63,760 bases of DNA, filler included, from Asterionella formosa (GCA_002256025.1; 12 parts of 12 records of this genome joined end to end with filler, not necessarily neighbours in it); one strand, 5' to 3'. Positions 1 through 12,613 are shown, counted from the whole stretch's first letter. Program-made: numbers and translations. Notes: generated by a model not told the origin, from the letters alone.

Positions 1-43
1 ACAACGATTCATTGCAACAGCCTTCTTGGTCTTCGCATTCACG

Positions 44-1489
44 ATGAGTCTAGAAGCAACCTTTGTCGCCGCCCTAAGATCCGTTGGAACTGCTGGGACA
101 TTGGCATTAGCAGGGCTCTATCTCCACCGTCGGGGCTTCGTCACCGCCGAAGGAAAGAAAGCATTGGCCCGTTTATCCGAGCAGGTCACCATTCCCTGTC
201 TCTTTTTCTCCAAAATTATCTACTGTCCCCAGAATTTCACTCGAGAACAGTGTCCCAGCATTACTGATAACCTGGCTGATATTTGGGTATTACTTTTTTG
301 GCCACTCTTTGTCGTTGGTACGGGAATGCTTATTGGCGACCTTGCGACAAGAATATCTGGAACTCCTCGCGATCAGCGTCGGGCTGTCATTGCTGCATGC
401 GCTTTTCCCAATTCTACGGGCATCCCGATCACTCTTTTAACTGTTGTTCATGCAAACTTTCCCCAGACCAGTAAACTGGGGAGAGTCGATCCAAATTTAT
501 TTCTCTCTGTTTATCTCATTCTCTATCCGGTTTTGCAGTGGGGCATTGGCGGATGGTTGTTGGCCTCAGGTGATTCTGATGATGAAGTGAATTTATCTCT
601 CAAAGCGAATGGAGTTCATCACGTGCTCAACTTGCCGGCGAATGATGACCTTGTGGTGCAATGCGACGCAGCGACGAAAATGATCAGAGAGCTCTCTCTC
701 TCTGATTTGCTCGAGAGAAAAGACCCGAAAAACGAGAACCAAAATAGCGATTTCTCACATGGTTCAAATAGTTTTCTGCTTGCACCATCAGATTCAAGCG
801 AGACCTCGCAATTGGTGCCAATTGATCAACCACTATCATCTACGTTATCCGGGAACAGCTTGACAGCCTTAGCGAGGAACTCGGCCGACGATATCGCCCC
901 TTTGATGGAAACGCTTGCCAAAGTCCTTCCAAAGGCATTTCAGCCACCGGTTATTGGTGCATTATTGGGTCTTTTTGTCGCATCCATTCCTCAACTTCGT
1001 GGACTTTTTGTCGATCTTCGTACGAGATCAGACAGCGCTCCTTTGGAATGGTTTTTCGATGGAATCTATTCGGTAAGTCGAAATAGATCTAATTTTAGTT
1101 TGTCGAACGCTTAATGAGTGTTACATGCTTATTAACAAATGTGTCATCTTTAGATTGGGTTGGCTGCTGTCCCGATTAATATGTGTATTCTTGGAATCAA
1201 CCTCTCTATTACATCAATGAAAACTAAAATGGACTTAGCTGCTGCGGAAATTTCGAAGAAGACAATTGCTGCTGTTGTTATTGGAAAGATGGTCGTCATG
1301 CCAATCATTGGTGTGTCAACAACGGTATTATTAAAGAGCTACTTTTGGAAAATTCCAGAAGCAATTGATGACCCGTTCTATCTGGTACTCATGATGGTAA
1401 CTATTACACCCACTGCCAACAATGTGATGGTCATGGTAGAGCTATCAGGAAATGGAGCAAAGGAAGGAATGGCAAGAATTATCGCTTGG
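44..1489 (+). CDS. PIN-LIKES (PILS)/auxin-efflux-carrier family membrane transporter, 3' end lost in N gap
   Basis: Exon 44-1072, GT-AG intron 1073-1153 (GTAAGT...TTTAG), exon 1154-1489 in frame. Two hydrophobic halves flank a hydrophilic loop. Motifs include IPCLFFSKI, AFPNSTGIP, PPVIGALLG, GLAAVP...LG and TPTANN, as in Mem_trans/PILS proteins. Confidence 0.85.
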
Positions 1490-1875
1490 NNNNNNNNNNN
1501 NNNNNNNNNNNNNNNNNNNNNNNNNNNNNNNNNNNNNNNNNNNNNNNNNNNNNNNNNNNNNNNNNNNNNNNNNNNNNNNNNNNNNNNNNNNNNNNNNNNN
1601 NNNNNNNNNNNNNNNNNNNNNNNNNNNNNNNNNNNNNNNNNNNNNNNNNNNNNNNNNNNNNNNNNNNNNNNNNNNNNNNNNNNNNNNNNNNNNNNNNNNN
1701 NNNNNNNNNNNNNNNNNNNNNNNNNNNNNNNNNNNNNNNNNNNNNNNNNNNNNNNNNNNNNNNNNNNNNNNNNNNNNNNNNNNNNNNNNNNNNNNNNNNN
1801 NNNNNNNNNNNNNNNNNNNNNNNNNNNNNNNNNNNNNNNNNNNNNNNNNNNNNNNNNNNNNNNNNNNNNNNNNNN

Positions 1876-2500
1876 CACTTGAGTTGAGATTTTCCTCAAT
1901 TTGATCCACAAACCGAATGAAGTCCTCATCGTGCATTAAGCGTACAATGTAAAACATGGCCTCAGTCTTGCGACGTTTCGTAGTGGCTTCGTCCTTGTGA
2001 GCGAGCAGATCAAGGTAAGCGTTCCTGTCCTCAACATTATCTTCTTCGGTATCATTCAATCGTTCCCTCTTGGTAGCCTTCTTCTGTTGATGAAGTTCAA
2101 TTTCCTTTCCTTTCGACTCTTCGTCGGAATTCACAGATATTGACGATAAATCAGGAATATTGAGCTCGGCAAGTTTATCAAAGAAAGCAATGCTGTCGGT
2201 GACATCTTGAAATTTCAGGACAATGGATCCATTCCCTCGCCGTGTTGGAAAGTAGATCGTACCCTTCCTTCGCACAGCTCGAGCAATCCCGTTCTGCAAG
2301 CTCGTCCTGCGTTCATTCTCATCCTTCTTTGGAAACACCCTGATTCTGACGCGGAATTTTCTTATCTCAACTCCTCCAACACAAGGCGTGGCCATGACTT
2401 TACCTGCGGATTCTGGCACCATTGCCTTTTCCCATCCACGTCCCAATGTCTTGCGATATACCTCAACATGCCATTCATCCTTGCTTTCCATAATTCTCAT
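1876..2500 (-). CDS. Hypothetical protein, candidate REC114/PHS1-like meiotic DSB accessory factor (start uncertain; 3' end runs into gap)
   Basis: About 208 open codons. A beta-rich N-terminal domain (EWHVEVYRK..W; AVRRKGTIYF; IVLKFQD..DSIAFFDKLAEL) is followed by an acidic linker and C-terminal IVRLMHDEDFIRFVDQIEENL, resembling the REC114 C-terminal helix. Confidence 0.5.
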
Positions 2501-2850
2501 GCCTTGTAAATATGAAGGGATTAGACGTCAGAAGAAGTCGGGATTTTAAATATATCTGTCTGATCATTTTGCTTGAGCTGCATTGGCTTTTGCCTTTCAG
2601 TAGAGTGGCGGCATACATTTCTCACGTGGTTACTATTACGACTTTTTCTGTCCTTGTCGCTCCTCGTGCAACCAGAGCAGTTTTTTTGCATTAACATGTG
2701 TATACCTACTCTTTACAAGGCAATTGAGGAGATGGAAAGCACTAAAAGGATTTAACGACGTACTTCAGGTGCATCCAATACCAATATTAGAACGGTGTGA
2801 AACTCGTGTCGCTATCTATAATATAAAGAGGCCTTTTTCAAGCATTTTTT

Positions 2851-4404
2851 CTACGACGATCCCTCGTCAAACTTAGTCTTTGCCTGACTAAGGGCATCAA
2901 AGACTCTTTTTGACAAGAATCGCTTTTCGGGATCAAGGTCTATAGTCTTGTCGGGATGGACCACTCGTGTGGCCTTGTGGTAAATCTTTTTGCATTTCCC
3001 ATCGTCAAGAAGATCACCAAGACCGACTGGTTTCCAATTGGCACCTGGCCAAAGAATGATGTGCAAAGTTCCGAGCAAGGCACGAAGCTGTTTTTTCTGG
3101 CCGTGTTCTTCACTCCAAGCCTTGATTTTTGGTTCCAATCGCTTGCGAACTTCATCTTCGGCTTCATCGTCACCTTTCTTCTTTGCTTCACGCTCCTTAA
3201 GTTCATTGATTGCCTTCGCTTGCGACTCTTTCATATCATTCACGCGTTTGTGGACAGCAGCTTGAACATCAGCAGACTTTCCAACAGCGTTCGAAGGGTC
3301 CAACGAGATACCAATAGTTTTGGATCCAGATGACGCAACCGCTGCCTGAGGAGGAGCGGATGTAGTTCCAGCCTTCAGACCAGCCTTTCGATCAACTTCC
3401 ACCCATCGTTGATCAATATCGTCCCAGACACGATTGCTTTGTGCACCCTTCTTCGCATATTCTCGCTTGAGTTTTTCCGCACGGGTTTCATTCGAATCGA
3501 AGGAAGGGGGTGAAGTCGTGGCACGATGAAGCATTCCGTGAACATGATTTGAGGGGGTTTCGCCAAAGTCCATCAGGGAAGCATCTGCACGTGGTTGAGG
3601 AGCAGCAGGTCTGGCAGCAGGTGCTCGAGAAGCGACTTGAGCTGATTGGCTTCCAGGAACAGAAGCAGGTGGCGGTCGCTGCGGAGGGGCTGACTGTGGC
3701 GTAGTGCGAGGAACAGGAGTGGAATTGGTAGGGCGAGGTTTGGGCGCTCTTGGGGTTCGTTCTATACCCCCTGAGGAGCTGCCACCGTGCTTTACACTGA
3801 AATCATGATGCATCTTTCCCAAATCTAGTAGCTTGAATGCAATGATCGGAACACGGGGACCATTGTCGGAATGAGCCCCACCTTCAACGGCAGATTGAAG
3901 GGCCTTTCCGAAATGCTTTAACGCCCCCTTGGCCCCCTTGTTCGAAGACTCTAACGTGCTGGTGGTACCCGAGAACATTTCTGGCATGAACATCTTTTCC
4001 AAGTGCGCCAACGTCGCCTCCTTGACTGGAAGTCTTGCATTTTCATCCTGAATATCCCACCAGCTAAACATGGAATCGAGACCTCCCGGAATGGGTTTGT
4101 CCTCAACACATACTCTCCAATGGAATCCATCCGCACCTGCATGGCTGAGAGAACGCAACGCTCGGCAGTTTCTGTTCCGTTGACATGAGGGTAAAACGGC
4201 GCGAGTCAGCTTCCAAATAGTCATTGTAGCGACTTAACACAGCCAAATATTGGGTTCAACAAGCGATACTCACTGCTTGACAGAAGCCAACGTTAATCCA
4301 CCTGCCTGAGACATTTGGAACGCATTGTAGAGATCATCCACCTTGTCAGTGTCTGAGTTTGTAACCTTGTAGAGCACTGTCACGAGCGTTCCACCGTTAG
4401 ACAT
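2851..4404 (-). CDS. Auxilin-like protein with C-terminal J domain and N-terminal DIX/ubiquitin-like domain
   Basis: Exon 4404-4274, intron 4273-4172 (GTGAGT...AACAG), exon 4171-2851. The C-terminus LRALLGTL..ILWPGANWKPVGLGDLL...KKIYHKATRVVHPDK is the auxilin/Swa2-type J domain. The middle is Pro-rich. Confidence 0.85.
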
Positions 4405-5234
4405 TGGATATGGCGTTCTGACTGCTTGAAAACAGGGCGCAACAGACAGTGAGAGAAAAATGTAAGTAACTTGAAAATTAACATCTCGAAAGCCTGCGAT
4501 TTTCGAACTCAACGGATCGATTTCAGGTTATAGCTGATGGTCGAGGGCAAGTCTATTTTCATGTCGAAATGTCCGTTGCAAGTCTTTCTCCTGATGTCAT
4601 TTCCTAAAACCTTGTACAACATGGTCATCATGGCGCGGATACATACCTTTATGATCGATTCGAATGGGACAGAATTGACGTTTGGCTGACCAAGGAGGAG
4701 TGGAATTGCTTTTCTCAAAACTGGCGGATGGTATATGATGTGAACTGTATTACTACTCCTACTGTAACCATTACAACCAGGCACAACCTGTATCATACCA
4801 CACCAGTGTGTAACGATAAAAACCAAGAAAGCTAAATAATAAGGAGGCAACAATTTTTGCTGCTCTGATTTTTCTGGATGTGTTTTTGGTAAACACTGTA
4901 CGTTAATACTGTGTACTGTGTAGCATGGGCTGCTGCCAGGGGTACCAGGTACCAGTAGTACTTGTAGCAGGTATGAAACTGGTACCAGGGAACCTGTGGT
5001 AAAGGTGTACGAGGTACCAGGTACCGTTGTCGTACCGGGTAGACATGGAGCAATGCTTTGCTTGTCCTGTGCAGCAGATATACATACATGATAAGAATTT
5101 TTGCTTTGGTATGTCCCTACTTGGAACGTTTAGAAGAAGCCCTTTACTCAATGGATGCAAATTAATTTAGCTAGTCCATTGGTTTTTATGGTAAAATATT
5201 TTTTGATATTATTATTAACAGCTGAAATACTGAG

Positions 5235-5334
5235 NNNNNNNNNNNNNNNNNNNNNNNNNNNNNNNNNNNNNNNNNNNNTTAATTAATTAANNNNNNNNNN
5301 NNNNNNNNNNNNNNNNNNNNNNNNNNNNNNNNNN
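5235..5334. other. Artificial scaffold linker (N44-TTAATTAATTAA-N44); first of 11
   Basis: Identical 100-nt linkers also at 10568-10667, 15898-15997, 21227-21326, 26550-26649, 31872-31971, 37191-37290, 42509-42608, 47825-47924, 53138-53237 and 58451-58550. The 12-mer puts stops in all six frames. Confidence 0.98.
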
Positions 5335-6499
5335 CAGGAGCAAAGTGTATGCATGACAAGGAACATGAAAACATGATTTCAAAGGTTTCAGCCATCTATA
5401 CATATATAAAGATTGGTAAGTTTAATTGTATATATAGTTGGACATTTGCATAGTTCAAACACGCTCATTATATGGCACATCCTGCGTATACTAACATCAA
5501 TATTGATTATACATAATTCAAATATATACTATGCATGATGAGTTCATAGTTTTCCACGACCTGTTGAATTTTTTCAATTTGTCTTGTATCAATTCTTGTA
5601 CCTACAAGTCAGTGGCTGATTAAATTAAACCCTTAAATAAGCGAGAGTCATCACCAATTTTTCAAATGGTCTAAATCATACATTTCTGAATATAGACATA
5701 ATGACCATATACATTCGAAAACTTCACATGGCCTACCGGTAGTACTGTATACTTGTTGGGTATTACTTCTATCATGGGAGTACCACAATAGTGCAGCGGA
5801 AAACTGAATATCATGTGTTAAGGATCATTTGGTCATATTTTAAGATCAATTAATCCTGATTCTTGAAAATACATTTTGATCTTTCATTTTCTCATCAATG
5901 AAACCGTTTATCATATGATCAAAGATATAGGATGAACAAATCAACATGTATTGATTATAGATAACACTTTATCCCAGAGTAGTTGCTCGTCATGCATTCA
6001 ACCCCCCCCCCCATGTATACAGTACTGAAGTGATTACCCCCAAGCTACCATTTATGTCTTGTAAGAATTATCGCAGCATGCATGCATACTTGACTCCTAC
6101 CAGTATAAATTCAATGCGAAATGATGACCACCCAACTACTACCAATCCTATAGGTCTTGTAGAATTATCGCAACATGGCTGCATATCTAGCTAATGAAAG
6201 GAAGGAGTCATCCATGCACCTGTATATGAAATATGGAAATGATCAAATAGACACAAGGAGCAGTGCATCATATATGCCCCATTATTTTAATTCCTGTGAA
6301 ATCTCTTGATCTGTTCTGAGCTTTTTCGCCACAATTGTTTTCATTGCCTCACTGGACAGCATTCGAACTGATTGTGCTTCGAACAAAGCAATGATCAAAG
6401 TCCACCCCATTGCAGAATGGTGAGTCTCAAAACTATGTATCAGCCAGTCGATTAAAATGGGACCGTCTTTGTGCAACCTTGTTGTGTTTGTACACTGAC

Positions 6500-7340
6500 T
6501 TGGCAACTGTCAGCCAAGAGCAGCCATGGTATGCCAACATATATTGTCCATCCGAGTTTTCGAATGCATTTAGCCATGATAACTTTTGCTCCTTAACACT
6601 ATCTCACCACCCTTGTCACAGATTTTTCTTTATCCTTTGGCTGCACTGACCCAGGTTACTCAATGCCTTCACCTGCGAGTTCAGCCAAGCAGGTTGGTGT
6701 CAAGACAACAGCTCACCTCAACCCCGATTTTTTTCTCACATCCTCCGCCAATCATACTTTCTTCATTAATGAAGTCGAGGTAGCTATATTAACGTCAGGT
6801 GGCGCAGGCTTATATATAGATTGATGATGCTAGTTCCCTTTTGCTTTTTCCACTGATTTTGATCCCTTGGGCATTCAAGTCAAGAAACAACTCATTTAGA
6901 TTTCTGGAGGTTTTGGTCAGTAGCACCATACAGCAACAATCAACAGATCATGGCGGCTGTTCTCTATTTTCTCTAGCAAGCACGTGACATACAAGAGGGT
7001 CTGGGATCATTGGGGAAAAATTAGGCTCCTCTGTGTTTGCCCCCGCCAGTTTGGCATTCTACCATTGCTACCTCTCAATCAATACTAGTAAAATGAAAAC
7101 CGTAATTAGCTAGATGAAATGTGACTTCCGGTTTCTAATATTTTACATTGCACTACTGAAACTTGAATCCATAAATGTTCATTCAACTTGTGCTTCTTGC
7201 ATTTTTGCAGTATAGACTGGCTGGTGGGGCGATAGGCCAAAGTGTCTGGCTTTTCATGAACATCTACAAAGTAGTGCTTTTGTCGAGTTTTGTGTCCAAA
7301 CCCAACTGCTGCCATCCATTGAACCATTCCAGATACATCA
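6500..7340 (-). pseudogene. Degenerate IS630/Tc1-mariner-related DDE transposase relic
   Basis: Broken frames retain WMAAVGF...KHYFVDVHEKPDTLAYR (7327-7230) and DFINEES...LTPTCLAELAGEGIE (about 6780-6660), matching the YxDGHE..D...YR and PK.H.EL..IE..W motifs. Many stops and frameshifts. Confidence 0.6.
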
Positions 7341-7599
7341 AAGAATACGCTCGTGTTGTGTAAGGCAAGGAACTAGTACGACGAAAAAGGAAATCTGATG
7401 AGACAAGAAAATTACGAAACCAGAATCACTCTGTTACTTCTTTGTGCATATCGCCTGCTATGCATGCTGCGTTTCAATTCTAAATGGATTATGTTCTCAT
7501 TAGAGAGACGATATAACATAGATCTAGATTATGCTGTTTTATAGCTAATGGATGTTGTTTAGCTATGATTGAGGTTGTAACACTGATCGATGATCCGGT

Positions 7600-8065
7600 G
7601 ACAGACCGGAAATATTCGTGTTGTGTGATGAGCCATTTCGTTTTCATTGGATTTCTTTTCAAGCTCTTAACGGATTGCATATGAACATACCGTGCACTGT
7701 AGATGATGATTAATCAAAGACACATGATGACTTGAACGACAAATGAAGATTTTATCACAAACACTCATTCTTCTCGACATGGCTGTTTTGTCGTTGTTGC
7801 AAGAATCAGAGTGAGGACTGGAGAGGATGATGAACCATACCACATTACTTTAGCTGGTACATTATCCTACCAAGAAATTTAAATAAAGGAACCTAATAGA
7901 AACAATACATATAATAATGAAATATACATAGTCAAAAGGGTTACTATTTAAATTATAAGGGTATTATATTCAAAATTATTAGATGATAGCTATAACAAAA
8001 AATTATGATCAGATGATCATAATTCTATGATGCATCATAGGAATATGATGGTTTTTATTTGCAGA
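7600..8065. repeat. Diverged copy of the putative Plavaka-element terminal region
   Basis: CATTACTTTAGCTGGTACATTATCCTACCAAGAAAT...GTCAAAAGGGTTACTATTTAAATTA...TTTTTATTTGCAGA is shared with 26336-26549 and 59110-59330. Confidence 0.85.
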
Positions 8066-8163
8066 CAAGACTGACTTTGCAAATCATCATCGGTAAGTAA
8101 GAGTAATGTTTTCCTAAATAACTTAAGGAACATTATTTTCATCGAAAGATGGCCTATCACGTC

Positions 8164-8238
8164 CGGCAAGCATGAGATGATCCATTGGGAGTGCCTCGAA
8201 ACTGAAAAGGTGCGCTACTGGCGGACCTTCCTAGTACT
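8164..8238. repeat. Dispersed repeat of about 80 bp (second copy at about 54100-54184)
   Basis: ATGAGATGATCCATTGGGAGTGC(C/G)TCGAAAC...GGTGCGC...GCGGACCTTCC(T/A)AGTAC occurs in two unrelated scaffolds. Confidence 0.8.
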
Positions 8239-8681
8239 CCCTCTGGGCGAAAACAATTGCATCAAATGTAAAAATTTATCTGGGGCCATTTCGACTCATG
8301 CGACTTTCTCCGGCTGAATTGCCCTAATGAGCAAAATCACATAAGCTACAGCTCCAAGTATAATATATATGTAGTTAATTTAAAATTGGCGACTATGTAT
8401 CGAAAAAACTGTTTTGGACTTTTTTGATTTGATGCAATTGTTTTCACCCAGAGGGAGTACCAGGTATTTGGTAAAGTAGTATGGCACCTGGTACCCCCTT
8501 GTACCTGGTACCAGCAATGTGTGTAACAGTACCTGTTCCTCCGAGTACCCATAAATACTCTCTCATACTAGCTATGCGCATGTTACCAGGTACTCCAGGT
8601 ACCAGGAAGGTTCCGTAAAACACGGTTTTTACTTAAATCCAGACTAAGCTAGATTTCTGGACTACTGGATCTTCCAAGCAA

Positions 8682-8754
8682 GCAAGTTGTGGTAATTGTC
8701 TTGATAATTAAACTTTAGCTAATTGTTTATTTCAGCCAAATGACCGCAGCTTGC
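8682..8754. mobile_element. MITE-like element, GCAAGTTGCGG family (internally deleted copy)
   Basis: Imperfect TIRs GCAAGTTGTGGTAAT...ATGACCGCAGCTTGC; homologous to 37325-37414. Confidence 0.6.
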
Positions 8755-9065
8755 AGGTGCTACCTGGTACCTGGTACTGTACAGTGTAGGAGTAGTCTAC
8801 ATGGTACTGGACTACCATGTTGCTTGTAGGAAGTATCATCGTCTCTGGTATTATTTTGCCACCACAAGGTACCAGGCACCAGGTACTACCAGCTACCAGG
8901 TAGAGTAGCAGGAACATACCGGTAGACTGCCTCGTGTATTGCTTCTACAGTATGAAAAGCAAGAGTGAGACAGGAGTCCTGAAAAATCGATCTCGCTTGC
9001 TTTCCTTGTTGTGCATGTGGTGCTATAATTCATAAAATGTGTACCCGGTATATGATATGATAGTG

Positions 9066-9652
9066 AACAAAATATAAACAAGCACTGAACATATCACGAA
9101 AAAAGCATATGCTGCTGGACGCAGAGAAATACAGTTACCCAATGTTTACTTCTACTAATGTGTGCTCTATAAATTTATTACCTGCCCTGTTAGAAATACA
9201 TACTGCTGGTAGCAGTAGACAGCCTCCCGTAAATCCATTCACTAAAGTTCGGGCACATACATACATGTTGGTCATACGTGTTATGTCCATGCTATTGTTC
9301 CTGTTCACTATTGAATGATGATACCAGAAGCATGATCCGATGAAGTCCTTCCCAGAAGTATAATTAGGATCCAAGGCAAAGGAGCGGTAAGATCTGAAAA
9401 AATATTAAACAAAATATAAACAAGCACTGAACATGTCACGACAAAAGCATATGCTGCTGGACACAGAGAAATACACTTACCAAATGTTTACTTCTACTAA
9501 TTTGTGCTCTATAAATTTATTACCTGCCCTGTTAGAAATACATACTGCTGGTAGCAGTAGGCAGCCTCCCATAAATCTATTCACTCAAGTTCGGGCACAT
9601 ACATACATGTTGGTCCTGTTCACTATTGAATGATGATACCAGAGGCATGCTC
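9066..9652. repeat. Direct duplication of about 270 bp (9066-9338 and 9408-9652)
   Basis: Both copies start AACAAAATATAAACAAGCACTGAACAT and end TTGAATGATGATACCAGA. The second has a short internal deletion. Confidence 0.9.
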
Positions 9653-10798
9653 CAATATTCCTATGTTACGATCATAGCTTAATATAAATTAAAATTTGAT
9701 GGACTGCAATGGCTATATATCATTAGGCCTTCTCAAATGTGCACAACCTGATGAACTGACTACATTTGCTAGACCCATGCCATTGCAAGTGTGAAATGTA
9801 GACCAAGTAATTATAGAGAAACAAGCAACCACCATCTCTGGGGAGCACCTGATGGTAGGGGAGAATCCATTAGCTTAGCAACATGCTCATGCATTGGTTC
9901 AGGCATACATCACTAGTCAAGTATAATGTATTTGCGATAAAGTGAAAGTCCTACCTTTTACATTCTTCAGCTTTCGGTTCAGGAATTATCTCATGTAACT
10001 TATCATTGTACAATGAGGAGACTGTGAAACTGCATATATCATATGATGACCATGCATATTCCTCCTGCACCTGACCAAGATGGATCAGCCAATTTTCATT
10101 CCATTTTGAAAATAGCGATACAAGGTACTTCTATCATCCTTTTGCTTTCATGTTCCCAAATCGCTTTGAATTTTACTTTTACCCCAATTACCAGTAAGCA
10201 AATTCAATTGTACCTCGGGTCACATTGATCTATTTCATACCTTCATTCAATCGAAATGAGCACGGTATTTTATGAATAAATATAAAGCTATAGATAAATA
10301 CGGAGGTAATGCATTGAGTGTGGTTACATATTTATAATTTTATTGCCTTTTACATGATGCTGTTGAGAAAGCAACTTGACAATTGTACAACATTGATCTT
10401 TGTTTTTGCACTCACTGTGTTACGAATAACTTGAACGCCCTCCTTCGCATTTCATGTACATTTCAGTCCATGTGTACGTTTCCCTGTAACTACCTACGAA
10501 ATCAGCGAGGTTGATCCTCCCCGCCGAGCAAAGTCCATTGGTGATCCAACTTCACCATCATCACCCTNNNNNNNNNNNNNNNNNNNNNNNNNNNNNNNNN
10601 NNNNNNNNNNNTTAATTAATTAANNNNNNNNNNNNNNNNNNNNNNNNNNNNNNNNNNNNNNNNNNNNGATCCTTCTATGGGGATACAGTTAGAGGGTGCA
10701 CAAAAAGTTCAACTAATTATTATGAAGTAAGCAGATGGCTGATGTACGACTGCATTGTTGCAAACTTTTATCATGACTTTCTAAGCGTCAAAATCCAT

Positions 10799-11212
10799 TT
10801 ACACCTTCAAAATCTGACCGCGGATCTCACCAGAGGGGCAGGTCGTCGTCTTGATAAGAACGGCAAGGTTTCCCGCGTTTAGTGAAGAGATTTGGGCGGA
10901 AGTAAGGGTCTTGCATTCTTTCTTGATTGGGTCGGTCGAAAGGGCGACAGCGAAGACTTCGGCGGCTCCAATGGCGGAAGTGACAATGGAGGCGCCAGTG
11001 TGTGCGCCAGATCCTGAAGCAAGCTTGCCAACAGAGAGACGCATGCACAAACTGGTACCAGTGAGAACCATTACACCATTTCCGATGGTAGTAGATGCCG
11101 CGCATCCAGCTTTAACTTGGGCAGGGTTCATGGGGACCTGGTACACAGTCTGTGCGTTCACAGGGGAAAGGATGGCAGAGAGAAGGAGGGTGGCGATAAC
11201 AGAAAGCTTCAT
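10799..11212 (-). CDS. Secreted single-domain CHRD-like protein (137 aa)
   Basis: Signal peptide MKLSVIATLLLSAILSPVNA. The C-terminus LNAGNLAVLIKTTTCPSGEIRGQI matches the CHRD P.GEIRGQI signature. Intronless. Confidence 0.8.
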   Translation of the reverse strand: MKLSVIATLLLSAILSPVNAQTVYQVPMNPAQVKAGCAASTTIGNGVMVLTGTSLCMRLSVGKLASGSGAHTGASIVTSAIGAAEVFAVALSTDPIKKECKTLTSAQISSLNAGNLAVLIKTTTCPSGEIRGQILKV

Positions 11213-12613
11213 GGTGGTAGTATTTAGTAGTGATAAGGTGAATTGATAATTTGCCAATGTTGTAAATTGTGAGATGATAAAGAATCGCACCTCGCGGTCA
11301 GTTGATTTTCGTCTACATACTGCCTTACAATGCTTTCCCTTAAAACACACGACGCAGCAGTATCATGTACGCAGTACTCAGTGTATAACAATGTATTCTT
11401 TTGGTAAAGTCAATACCACCGGCAAGTTCTACCAGCAGCAGGAAGCAACGATGAAGCAAAGGAAGGAAGTTTAACTTCTTTCAGTTTCAGAAAATAAGAA
11501 GGAATTTGGTTTAGCGGAGTTTTTTGTTACCTCTGCAAAAGACAAGTACATAATGTTTCGGTGTATACTATCATAAACATGATGTTGGTTTGTTGCTTGT
11601 TACCTGGTACCAGGTACCAGGTACTGGCTGGTGACACACTCTAGCCGGGTCCAGTTACCAGGTACCTGGTACTTGGAGTTGGTACTGGTACCCTGGTAGT
11701 CAGTCAAACAACCGGTATCAGCATTTATTAGTTACATACGGGTCTATGAATGAAATATACTTAACAATGGACTGTTCAGTATACCGGTATGGAATGCTAT
11801 TTACCCGTTACCCCAAACGTCGTCCTGTGGTTCTCATCGTTTTTAGAGAGATTACCTATCGGTATTTGAGCGATAGCTTTATATTTATGCCGGTATAGGA
11901 ACTCCATCGAAAGGTCGTATGTACATTATATATTGAATGAACCTATATGTCGCTGGCGCGAGCATCGACCATGGACTAAAACGTATGTCGCGTACTCATG
12001 CTTGGAGACCATTCTTGTTCGAAGGTCTAAACTCTACGTAGAATACATGGACCGGTATGCAGACTACCCGAACCTTGTACTCCATGCTCCATTGACACCC
12101 TTTTAAACTCTGCGGGTGATCGCTCAACCACAAACTTCTGGCAATTACTAAAAACGTGAACTGCCGATGACGATCATGTACATGGTGTGAGAAACAAACC
12201 TCTCTCATTTTTATCCTCTACCAGAACATCACTTGTCTTGCAGAGGTAGCAAAAACTCCGCTAAACCGGATTCCTTCTTATTTTCTGAAACTGAAAGAAG
12301 TTGAACTTCCTGCAGAATCACTTTCGCTTGTATAAGATGTTGCTTCCTGCTGCTGGTAGAACTTGTCGGTAGTATTGACTTTACCAAAAGACCACAGAGT
12401 TATGTACTGAGTACTGCGTACATGATACTGCTGCGTCGTGTGTTTTAAAGGAAAGCAATGTACGGCAGTAGACGAAAAAGCAACTGACCACGAAGTGCCT
12501 GATATCATCTCACAATTTACAACATTGGCAAATTATCAATTCACCGTTTCACTACTAACTACTACCACCATGAAGCTTTCTGTTATCGCCGCCCTCCTTC
12601 TCTCTGTCCTTTC
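11165..12613. repeat. Inverted duplication (arms about 11165-11547 and 12231-12613) covering upstream region and signal peptide of both CHRD genes
   Basis: AAAACACACGACGCAGCAGTATCATGTACGCAGTACTCAG at about 11342 is reverse-complemented at about 12407-12446. High identity continues through ATGAAGCTTTCTGTTATCGCC. Confidence 0.9.

Noticed and set aside
1378..1929. ORFs spanning N gaps (also around 21230, 31920 and 39920)
   Set aside because: Open only because N codons are not stops.
4832..5160. ORFs rich in YQVPGT/WYLVP (also at 8346, 8732, 32561, 53975-54504 and 58096-58374)
   Set aside because: Translations of the GTACC(A/T)G arrays, not proteins.
5279..5290. Recurring TTAATTAATTAA at about 5.3-kb spacing as a biological periodic repeat
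   Set aside because: Always centred in N runs; it is an artificial six-frame stop linker.
11213..11350. N-terminal extensions MCFKGK... on both CHRD ORFs
   Set aside because: They start at GTG in the duplicated upstream DNA. The ATG before the signal peptide, in an ACCACCATG context, is the better start.
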